Assembly (NCBI GenBank): GCA_032718475.1 | Contig: JAUCBJ010002302.1 | Span: forward strand, 1-64,000 | Reading direction: 5' to 3' | Length of the DNA stretch: 64,000 nucleotides | Origin: Nemertoderma westbladi | Lineage: Eukaryota; Animalia; Xenacoelomorpha | Shown here: piece by piece, positions 35,001-47,000 of the stretch | Position numbering within the stretch: position 1 is the stretch's first letter | Layout: every line of letters begins with the position of its first letter | Made by a program: the position numbers and the translations under genes | Notes under the pieces: model-generated | What the model saw: only the letters and a program-made list of their open reading frames with translations | Told to the model about the DNA's origin: nothing | Database searches by the model: none

Positions 35001-38000
35001 GAGTATAGTATGACGTCATTGTTGGGGGAGTTGAGTATAGTATGACGTCATTGTTGGGTGAGTTGAGTATAGTATGACGTCATTGTTGGGTGAGTTGAGT
35101 ATAGTATGACGTCATTGTTGGGTGAGTTGAGTATAGTATGACGTCATTGTTGGGGGAGTTGAGTATAGTATGACGTCATTGTTGGGGGAGTTGAGTATAG
35201 TATGACGTCATTGTTGGGTGAGTTGAGTATAGTATGACGTCATTGTTGGGTGAGTTGAGTATAGTATGACGTCATTGTTGGGGAGTTGAGTATAGTATGA
35301 CGTCATTGTTGGGTGAGTTGAGTATAGTATGACGTCATTGTTGGGTGAGTTGAGTATAGTATGACGTCATTGTTGGGTGAGTTGAGTATAGTATGACGTC
35401 ATTGTTGGGGGAGTTGAGTATAGTATGACGTCATTGTTGGGTGAGTTGAGTATAGTATGACGTCATTGTTGGGTGAGTTGAGTATAGTATGACGTCATTG
35501 TTGGGTGAGTTGAGTATAGTATGACGTCATTGTTGGGTGAGTTGAGTATAGTATGACGTCATTGTTGGGTGAGTTGAGTATAGTATGACGTCATTGTTGG
35601 GTGAGTTGAGTATAGTATGACGTCATTGTTGGGGGAGTTGAGTATAGTATGACGTCATTGTTGGGGGAGTTGAGTATAGTATGACGTCATTGTTGGGTGA
35701 GTTGAGTATAGTATGACGTCATTGTTGGGGGAGTTGAGTATAGTATGACGTCATTGTTGGGGGAGTTGAGTATAGTATGACGTCATTGTTGGGTGAGTTG
35801 AGTATAGTATGACGTCATTGTTGGGGAGTTGAGTATAGTATGACGTCATTGTTGGGTGAGTTGAGTATAGTATGACGTCATTGTTGGGGGAGTTGAGTAT
35901 AGTATGACGTCATTGTTGGGGGAGTTGAGTATAGTATGACGTCATTGTTGGGTGAGTTGAGTATAGTATGACGTCATTGTTGGGGAGTTGAGTATAGTAT
36001 GACGTCATTGTTGGGTGAGTTGAGTATAGTATGACGTCATTGTTGGGTGAGTTGAGTATAGTATGACGTCATTGTTGGGGGAGTTGAGTATAGTATGACG
36101 TCATTGTTGGGGGAGTTGAGTATAGTATGACGTCATTGTTGGGTGAGTTGAGTATAGTATGACGTCATTGTTGGGTGAGTTGAGTATAGTATGACGTCAT
36201 TGTTGGGGGAGTTGAGTATAGTATGACGTCATTGTTGGGTGAGTTGAGTATAGTATGACGTCATTGTTGGGTGAGTTGAGTATAGTATGACGTCATTGTT
36301 GGGTGAGTTGAGTATAGTATGACGTCATTGTTGGGGGAGTTGAGTATAGTATGACGTCATTGTTGGGGGAGTTGAGTATAGTATGACGTCATTGTTGGGG
36401 GAGTTGAGTATAGTATGACGTCATTGTTGGGGGAGTTGAGTATAGTATGACGTCATTGTTGGGTGAGTTGAGTATAGTATGACGTCATTGTTGGGTGAGT
36501 TGAGTATAGTATGACGTCATTGTTGGGGGAGTTGAGTATAGTATGACGTCATTGTTGGGGGAGTTGAGTATAGTATGACGTCATTGTTGGGGGAGTTGAG
36601 TATAGTATGACGTCATTGTTGGGGGAGTTGAGTATAGTATGACGTCATTGTTGGGGGAGTTGAGTATAGTATGACGTCATTGTTGGGGGAGTTGAGTATA
36701 GTATGACGTCATTGTTGGGTGAGTTGAGTATAGTATGACGTCATTGTTGGGTGAGTTGAGTATAGTATGACGTCATTGTTGGGTGAGTTGAGTATAGTAT
36801 GACGTCATTGTTGGGGGAGTTGAGTATAGTATGACGTCATTGTTGGGGGAGTTGAGTATAGTATGACGTCATTGTTGGGGGAGTTGAGTATAGTATGACG
36901 TCATTGTTGGGGGAGTTGAGTATAGTATGACGTCATTGTTGGGTGAGTTGAGTATAGTATGACGTCATTGTTGGGTGAGTTGAGTATAGTATGACGTCAT
37001 TGTTGGGTGAGTTGAGTATAGTATGACGTCATTGTTGGGTGAGTTGAGTATAGTATGACGTCATTGTTGGGTGAGTTGAGTATAGTATGACGTCATTGTT
37101 GGGTGAGTTGAGTATAGTATGACGTCATTGTTGGGTGAGTTGAGTATAGTATGACGTCATTGTTGGGGGAGTTGAGTATATAGTCATGCTGCACTCCGAC
37201 CAACACTTTAATATTTATTCATTCGACTTGTATAATAGATGACACCACGGCCGATATTCCAGTTTCTACTAATATGCTCGTTTTGGAGGAAGGGTTGAGA
37301 ATGAAGTGTGATAAAGTCACCGAGTTGGAGAGTCGTCTTGTGGATAAACTCGCGTACATTGAGCAGTTAGAGGGAGAACTAGCCCAACGTGATGACGTCA
37401 TACAGAAAGTTAACGTTAATCTGAAGTCTCTGTGTGATAAAAACAGACGTCTCCAAGCCGAGGTGAGGCTATTCAAAACTCCTACAATAATAGTTTCATC
37501 ACCTATACACTATTTGGTTCCTCCATCTAATAATAGTTAGTTCCACCACCGGTCCACGTACTGTATTCGTTTCAAGATTTCAACATAATATATAGTTCCA
37601 ACACAATAGTTTTGTTAGTGACTATACTGTTAGTTGTATCGCGTCTATTAAGATAAGCCAAAGTCCAAAGTGGCATAATTATTTGTTGGATGGATTTAGG
37701 TTGATAACGAAATGCGGGCGAAGAACCAGGCGGTGGAGGAATACTCTCAGTTGTCTACACGTTATGAGGAAATGGGAGATCGTCTAAGAGACGTTGCCCA
37801 CTCCGCTAAGACCTCGAAGGATGCGACACAGAAGGAAGCCGATAGACAGCGTGACACCGCTGCCGCTACGCTGAAACACATGGAGGAGATGCTGGATGAA
37901 GCGAATGCTAAGTTACAAGAGCAAGACGACGTGGTACAAGAGACTGTGCGATTATCGGTTGCCATGTCTGAGTTGAACCGTAAGCTGGAAGATTATAAGA

Positions 38001-41000
38001 AGAATATCAGCGATATAAATAATGAAAAAACCAACGTTGTGCGAAAGTTAGCGGATAAGATGCGGGCATTGTCTGTAGTGGAGAAAGAGTTGCAGGATGA
38101 GAGGATGAGAGTTGTGGATGCCAAGTGTGAGATAAGTAAGCAGAACCAGACGAACCTTAACCTTAGGAAGGAAATTATTCGTGTTTCTACGGAAAACGAA
38201 GCTTCGAAACACGAGGTTACAGTTCTTAAAGATAAGGTTAATGATCTAGAGGATACGAAACAAGATTTGAAAGATAATCTTCTTGACCTTGAAAATCGAG
38301 TAAATAAGCAGGAAGAAATTCTACACACGAAAGATGAAGAGGTTATTATTCCAATAAAGAAAGAATTAAGTGATCTCGCAAAGCGCCTTGTTGAGCTAGA
38401 GAGGGAGAAAGATGTGGCCGTTTATGAGCTCGAGCAAATTTCCAAAGATGCCTTACGATTAAAGGATCAGTTGGAAGACATTGCATCGGAGAAGGAAGAT
38501 TTGGTAAAAGCCTTAGAAGTTAGTGAGGAAAGTTTCTGTAATTTCAAGCAGCGCCAAGATGCCATAGACTCCAAACAACATGCCGAGATTGAATCTCTTA
38601 CTAAGGAGGTTGAATCGCAGTACGAAGGCATAGCCGTGCTGGAGGAAGAACGAAATAATGCGGTCACGGAGCTGCGGGAAATACGGATGAAACTTCAGGA
38701 TAGCGAGTTAGAAGTGTCCAGGTTGGAGGCCTTCAAGAACATTGCAGGAAGCCTTAAAGATGAAGTGAAGGAATTAATGTTTGAGAAAGAAAGAAACATG
38801 AATGAGCATCTGAGATATTTAAATGAAATGGATATCGTAAAAGATCGTGAAGCAGGACGAACTGAGGAAATAATTATTTTGCATCAACAACTTAAGACGC
38901 TCACAGAAGGTTCAATGAATTCTACTAACGCGGAATTGGTAGAACTGAGAGAAAATGAAGTAAAACTTCAAAAGGATAAGGATATGTTGAAGATGAAGTT
39001 GGAGAAGTTATTGGAGCGAGATGGGCAGTTGCAGGTGGAACGGATTCGGTTGAAGGCGGATTTATCTGAGGTCGAATCCGATAAGCGCAACACCGAGGGT
39101 ATTCTTGTGAAACAGAGGGCGATGTTTGATGAGACGTTGTCCGTGTGTCGAGAGAAAATCCAAAACCTCGGGGCGGACGTCGGCGAGCTGAACGAACGGC
39201 TGGTTCGCGCGGAGGCGGAACGCGAGAGGATGAAGAGCGAGTTGGAGGAGGAACGAGGAACGGAGAGACGAGGTTCCGGAGAGGCGAGACGACTGACTCT
39301 GGAGGTATCGCGACTGCGGGACTGGGATCGCGAGTTGCAGACCGAGTACGGGAGGGCCACGCAGGAGATCACCGGACTCGTCGAGGATAATCGGAGACTC
39401 CGCGACGAGTTGGATCGGACGACGTCGTTAAACGAGTCGCTGGTGGCGGAGGTGTACCGGTCGCCCCGTCGCGTTCCGGCGTACGCCGACTCCGGTCGGA
39501 GTCCGGAGTCGGAGTCGGCCTCCCCACCGAACCGTCGGTACATCGCCGAACTGCAGACGGAGTTGGCCACGACAATCGGGAACTACCGGAGTATTCGGGG
39601 AAGGTTGGAGCGTTCCGAGGAGACTGTCAGTCGTCAGGCCATCCGACTCAGAAATCTTTGGAGTTGGGCAATGGATCGGTTGTCTGGGAAATCTAAGCAG
39701 AAAGGGGTGGCTATTAAATCACTGAGTCAATCAGATGTTACATCCGATATAGGTAAGTCCCGTTCCCTCCCGTCCCTTTCATTACATTTCATTTCATTAC
39801 ATTACTTTAATTTGGTACCATTTTACGGAATAATATAATGTATGAGGTATACGAGAGAAAGCAGATATTTATTCATGAAAAAGAAGTACCCAATCATAAA
39901 GAAAGCTATTTCAATGATAAATTTACGAATTGCATTTAAATACAATAGATTTATTGCCCTGAGTTATAGCCCATTCTGTAGTTTTACTGTAGTGCGATCA
40001 AAAACATTCTCTATATATTTGTACCCCGTCCATGAAATGTTTTTTTGTTGCTTTCTAGACCAACCCAACCAGAAGAGTCTCAACATAAGAACCAGTAAGA
40101 GTCTACCTGATTTAACGTTTAGTTTGTTCGGTGTAAATGCCATGGCCGAATCCCTAAACCCGGCGTCTAGGACCATCTACAACGAGGTTAGTGATAACAA
40201 CCTTGGGAGTAGGAGTAGCACTTGCCGTGTTTGAACGTGTTTTACTTTCACCGATAACTTTCTTTAAGGAACGGCAAAGTTATTGTAGAGCCTAAAACTC
40301 TGATGTAAAGAGTGAGCGAGTGATTTGTCATTGTGCAATGTTTCTGACGCATTACTTTGTTCAGACATACAAGAAACAAGCGTTGTCAAGGTTACTGGAT
40401 TTTACCGAAGATTAGCTGACCAAGCGGTAAAACTATACTTGCTGAGCATACTATCTAGCAGGCTCAACAAATCACTCAACTGGCGTTTCTGGCAAAAGTT
40501 GGAGCATTTATAGAAAATCTGGATGGCACACCTTCTTAGCTGACCAATCAGATGGCGATAATGCGAGGCTGATAATCAGGCGGGCGATTTTCTGGAGGTA
40601 TTGACCAATAGGGTTGGTGCGCGAAAAAATTGTTGGGCTATAGAAACAAATGAATAAGGGGTAAAAAGGTCCCCTGAACTGAATCGAGTGGCGGAGTGTT
40701 TGTTTTGTAAAAACACGAGGGAACGGTCTAAATGGCGGATTTAAGTAAGCGCGGGAACCCAATTTTGAAAATCGGCCGAAAAATGTTTTCTCTATGGGGA
40801 GGGTGAATTTGATCCATTTAAATACACATTTTATCTCAATCATTTCACACGCGGCTTATATCAATAGAAAGCGGAGAGAGAGTCTTGCGCGTCTACAATT
40901 AATTAAATTCATGATCATTAACATTGATAAAATACTGTTTGCAATTTTGCAAACTTGGTAGATTGCCTGACCCCGTATGTAAGCACTCACCAACTCAGCC

Positions 41001-44000
41001 ATATCCATTTATTGTTAACCAACCGCTGCTATGTACCACTTTTACGCTACCGCTGACAAGTACACATTTCAACTTAATGAACTTAAGCTGCAATACAGGA
41101 ATACTCCGATACTGCGATGCAATAGTTGGATAGGGCTGAGTGGTTGAGTGCTTGCATACCGGTCAGGCAATCTGCGAGTTTATAATTGTGAATTCATTCA
41201 TTTTATCAAAGTTCGTCACCATGAATTTAATTAATTGCAGTGTCAAAAGAAGCGCAAGCCTCTCCGCTTTCTATTGATATAAGCCATGTTTGAAATGATT
41301 GAGATTAAATGGGTCGTTCTCACAAAAAGTGGCCAAACTTTTATGTCAAAATGTCCATGCATTCGCACGGTTATATTTCCAAACGACACAGATTTAACCC
41401 CATGAACCTATATACCAATCGGAAGAGCGGAAATCTGCTCATATTTCAGCAAATTTTCAACAGATTACATTCACAACCTAGAGAATGACACCATTTCAAA
41501 TATCGAAAATGCATGTTTTTTGAAATGTCACATTGAATTATTTTTAAATATTTGGCTTCTGAGCTAAAGTAATGAGAGCAAAGGTTCCACATACCATACA
41601 TCAAAATAAAGCAAATTTAATGCTCTTTCACATACTATTGGTGGTTTTCAACCGAAGCTACTCACATTTTATATATTTACTATTTAGTAACAATTAATTA
41701 CGCCGTCACTAGGATTTTGTCCACCATGTAACGCTCGTTTTTATGACATGGTTTTTTTATATTTATTCACAACATCTTCAAGTGAGATATTTCTAAACGG
41801 CGATTTATTTAGCTATCAGCATGTAAAAAAATTATAAGAATTCGTTCATTAGAACTCGAGCATTGTGCGAAAACGTAAATCTACATAAAATACCGTCATT
41901 AGGAATGTCCTCAATGTAACGCTACTTTGAATAGCGATAACTTTTGCTTTACTAATCATATCGACACCATTGAGGGCTCATATGAAAGAGCAATCGCAGA
42001 TCTATCGAATCACATATTTGATTTTAATATAGTTTCAAAACAGACTATAGTCAACGCCATGCTAATGAAAAATGTCTTCAATGTCCATCATGTAACGCAT
42101 GTAACGCTGTCACAATCAATAGCGTTACACTTGAGACATGTCCACCATGTAACGTAGTTGGGCCTGAACATACCTAGCAGTACGAGTGGCGTTTCTTTTT
42201 ACAAATTAGGCAGTCAGGGTCAAATTAACAATAGTCGATGGTTTCTGGCTTTCAGTATTTAGTATAAACTACTGTAGTAGTAATATTATCTGTTGTAGTC
42301 TGTATTACTTAGTACTAACTACCTAAAGGGTTTAGGAAAAGCTCATGAGTTTGTTTACCTTTCTTTATTTCGGTTCTAAAACAGTACTTCTTAATCATCA
42401 TGCAATTACAATTGTCAAACGGAATTAAGCGTGTTGTGTCCGGTAAGAACTTCTCGATTGAATTTAGTGATGGTGTTACACGTGAAGGACATAGAGAGTA
42501 AGTTAGTGATGGGATGGCGTTACACGTGAAGGACTTAGTTACACGTGAAGGACTTAGAGATTACGTTAGTGATGGGATGGCGTTACACGTGAAGGACTTA
42601 GAGGTTAAGTTAGTGATGGGATGGCGTTACACGTGAAGGACTTAGAGATTAAGTTAGTGATGGCGTTACACGTGAAGGACTTAGTTAGTTACACGTGAAG
42701 GACTTAGAGATTAAGTTAGTGATGGCGTTACACGTGAAGGACTTAGAGATTAAGTTAGTGATGGCGTTACACGTGAATGACTTAGAGATAAGTTAGTGAT
42801 AGCGTTACACGTGAAGGACTTAGTTACACGTGAAGGACTTAGTTACACGTGAAGGACTTAGAGATTAAGTTAGTGATGGGATGGCGTTACACGTGAAAGA
42901 CTTAGAGGTTAAGTTAGTGATGGCGTTACACGTGAAGGACTTAGAGATTAAGTTAGTGATGGCGTTACACGTGAAGGACTTAGTTACACGTGAAGGACTT
43001 AGTTACACGTGAAGGACTTAGAGATTAAGTTAGTGATGGGATGGCGTTACACGTGAAGGACTTAGAGATTAAGTTAGTGATGGCGTTACACGTGAAGGAC
43101 TTAGAGATTAAGTTAGTGATGGCGTTACACGTGAAGGACTTAGTTAGTTACACGTGAAGGACTTAGAGATTAAGTTAGTGATGGGATGGCGTTACACGTG
43201 AAGGACTTAGAGATTACGTTAGTGATGGCGTTACACGTGAAGGACTTAGAGATTAAGTTAGTGATGGCGTTACAGGTGAAGAAGGACTTAGTTACACGTG
43301 AAGGACTTAGAGATTACGTTAGTGATGGGATGGCGTTACACGTGAAGGACTTAGAGATTAAGTTAGTGATGGCGTTACACGTGAAGGAATTAGAGATTAA
43401 GTTAGTGATGGCGTTACACGTGAAGGACTTAGAGATTAAGTTAGTGATGGCGTTACACGTGAAGGACTTAGAGATTAAGTTAGTGATGGCGTTACACGTG
43501 AAGGACTTAGAGATTAAGTTTGTGATGGTTTTAAGGACTCCGTTAACTATTTTATACAATTATTGTTACAATAATATGTATATTCATATTGTATGTATAC
43601 AATAATACAAACTAAATAATTTGCTGATTTGAAAAATATTATTTTCAGCCATTGGGTCGATAAATAAATCCGTAAAAAACCCGTATAAATATAAAATAAA
43701 TCCGTACATGACATTAAAGTGACTGTTGAATTTCTGGTATATATTTTAAATGTCAAATCTTGGATAATGATTGGCTAACAAGTAGCGTTACATTCGAGAC
43801 AACGAGTTAGATTGTGGGCGTTCTGTGAAATGAAGGCTGCTGATTGGCTTACAAGTAGCGTTACACCAGGGACAAGATGTTACATTGTGGACATTAGTTT
43901 TTCGCGAATAAAACCTTACGACTTTACTAAAAAAACGGCCCACTAGTGTATTCGAAATCGCCTCATCGAGAGCTCTCGAAATATGTATATATTTATATGG

Positions 44001-47000
44001 TTTTGACAAAAAAAAATTTGACAATTTTTTCTCAAAATTTTGGCCACTTTTTGTGAGAACAACCCAAATATGTATTTGAATGGATCTAAAATTACCCTCC
44101 ATATAATAAATTATCTGAACACTGCGTAGTGACGTCAAATTTGTAGCAGCCAATCACAGCCGATTTTCAAAATTGGCTTCCCGGGCTTACTTAAACCCGC
44201 CATTTAGACCGTTTCTTTGTGTTTTTACAAAAAACACACCGCTACTCGATTCAGGGTTCCTTGTTGTTGTTACCCCTTATTCGATTGTTTCTAGCCCAAC
44301 AATTTTTTCGCTCACCAACCCTATTATTGGGGAAGGAGCAGCCAGATGTCAGTTTACATCGCCACTTATTGAATTACTATTGTGCGGTGTAAATATTAGG
44401 CGTTAGGCGGCTCCATTATCTATCCAAAGTAATAAAATTTCACTATATTAATATTATTAGTTAATTTATTACTAACAACACTATGCATCGTTACAGCTTC
44501 CTGAAGTCGTGTCAGCGACGGATAGTGCGGAGGTTATTGCTGATCTTCGCAGCCAATTGGCGGTTTCTATGGAGAGAGGAGATATCCTAAAGGTGCAATT
44601 AAATGACCTTCAACGAGTTATCACTGGTAAGTTTTGGTTGTAAAGAGTTCAATTATTTAATAATATCTTCATATAAGTCTGTCTCATTATTATACCTGTG
44701 GCGAATGTCTGCATCAGCGGATATCCACGTGATTTCCGCGTCATCCGCACCAAGCTGACATGCAATATCTATAAGCACCATGTCTAAATATAATGGACAA
44801 TGCTGCCGTTGTTTGGCAATACACCCTATCCTAAAAAAACACATTTTGAGATATTAACCTAAACGCGTTTCCCCTAATTCAACATTGAAGACATTGTGAG
44901 AAATCGCCGATATTGGGTCCTATTGGAACTTAACAGGCTAACTTAGATTTTTTAAATAGAATAGATGGTGAGAGATGACGAAAAAGGGATTAAAGTGATA
45001 AAATAAAATTATAGGGTGTTTTGCCATTCAATGTAAGCTGAGTTGTTGGAGATAGGGTGTTTAACCAGGTTCTGGTTTCAAAGAAACTAGTAAAATCAGT
45101 GATTTTTTGTTCTGCCAGCATGTTTTGTAGAGCATTTTGTATCACGTATTATTAGTTTAGAGCTTGCTGGAGTTGGGGTAGGTGTAAAACGCGGATCCGG
45201 ATCCGGATCCGGATTCATGATCCGGATACGGATCAGGACCCGGATTTGCGAGTGTAAAAGGCGGATCCGGATTTACATACAATCCGTAACTGAGTGTAAT
45301 ATGCGGATTCTGAAATACGCAATCCGTATTGCAGTGTATAACGCGGATTCATATATTTTGTGAATCCGGAATGGAGTGTAAAATACGGATTTACGTTAAT
45401 TACCAAGTTTTAATGGATCCGGAATGGAGTGTAAAACACGGATTTTCGTTAATTATCAAGTTTTGTTGGATCCGGAATGGAGTGTAAAACACGGATTTAC
45501 GTTAATTACCAAGTTTTATTGGATCCGGAATGGAGTGTAAAACACGGATTTTCGTTAATTACCAAGTTTTAATGGATCCGGAATGGAGTGTAAAACACGG
45601 ATTTTCGTTAATTATCAAGTTTTGTTGGATCCGGAATGGAGTGTAAAACACGGATTTTCGTTAATTACCAAGTTTTGTTGGATCCGGAAAGGGGTGTAAA
45701 ACGCGGATTCAATTTATTTACCAAGTGTTACTAGATCCGGGAAGGGGTGTAAAACGCGGATTGATTCAGGTTAATTACAAAGTGTTACTGGATCCGGGAA
45801 GGGGTGTAAAATGCGGATTTACGTAAATTACTGAGTTTGTTAATGAAGGACACAACTATTAATGAGGGACACACATTAATGAGGGACACAAACATTAATG
45901 GGGGACACCTTAATAGTTAATAGACACCTTAATAATTTGTCTATGTCTAGGGGCCACACATAAGCTTAATCCGGCTCTGGGGGACACCTTAATAGGGGTC
46001 AATGCTGAATTATTAATAAGGGCGATGGTGATGCTTGGCCATCAGACATTATTAGATATTGATTAGCTGAAAAACTATACTACCGTGGGAACGTGACCTC
46101 TCTGGTAGAGCAGCTCTGTAGACAATTGTATGGTAGGATTACTGTCCTGTTCCCTGATTGGCTTATCCATCCCAACCTCCCTTACAAACAAGAATCACTG
46201 TTCTGCCTAGCTGGCGGTAGTTTGTACTGCATCATAGCGTCTTCTATTTAAGGCCTTGCAAGCTTGCTGCCTTCCTAATTTATGGAGGCTGAACTGTTAA
46301 GTATAATTTCTTATTTAATTTCTTATTAAACATGGATGACAGTGATGACTTTGTAAAGATTCCATTTACGGGATTCGTTATTCCGAGTCCAACCAATGAT
46401 ACAGCAATTGTTGAGCCGCTTGAACTCACTACGCAAACATCGTGCACCCCGAGTCCGGAGAAGAAAAAAACCAGGTGTATGCTCCTGGTGTATGCTCCTG
46501 GTGTATGCTCCTGGTGTATGCCCCTGGTGTATGCTCCTGGTGTATGCCCCTGGTGTATGCTCCTGGTGTATGCTCCTGGTGTATGCCCCTGGTGTATGCT
46601 CCTGGTGTATGCTCCTGGTGTATGCTCCTGGTGTATGCTCCAGGTGTATGCTCCTGGTGTATGCACCTGGTGTATGCCCCTGGTGTATGCTCCTGGTGTA
46701 TGCTCCTGGTGTATGCTCCTGGTGTATGCTCCTGGTGTATGCTCCTGGTGTATGCCCCTGGTGTATGCTCCTGGTGTATGCTCCTGGTGTATGCTCCTGG
46801 TGTATGCTCCTGGTGTATGCTCCTGGTGTATGCTCCAGGTGTATGCTCCTGGTGTATGCACCTGGTGTATGCCCCTGGTGTATGCTCCTGGTGTATGCTC
46901 CTGGTGTATGCTCCTGGTGTATGCTCCTGGTGTATGCTCCTGGTGTATGCCCCTGGTGTATGCTCCTGGTGTATGCTCCTGGTGTATGCTCCTGGTGTAT

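Larger units (their letters stand above)
40610..44322. mobile_element. Foldback DNA transposon (PHIS/ISL2EU-like, AT flanks), host of a nested element
   Basis: AT|AGGGTTGGTG(C/A)GCGAAAAAATTGTTGGGCTA...TAGCCCAACAATTTTTTCGCTCACCAACCCT|AT. Arms of about 170 bp plus an internal inverted repeat (40800-41000 vs 41120-41310 and 44070-44100). Superfamily inferred. Confidence 0.75.

Noticed and set aside
37762-39575. Antisense ORFs over the large coiled-coil exon
   Set aside because: Typical shadow ORFs of an E/K/L-rich coding strand.
40366-40391. Possible micro-exon (TTCAG|ACATAC...CAAG|GT)
   Set aside because: The 26-nt length breaks phase; the flanking exons join in frame without it.
42385-42442. 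Possible exon (AACAG|...TCCG|GTAAGA) just before the 39-bp array, a candidate third donor-linked array
   Set aside because: It lies inside a transposon, its 58-nt length would shift the frame between exons ending 40186 and starting 44497, and the array unit does not include the donor.
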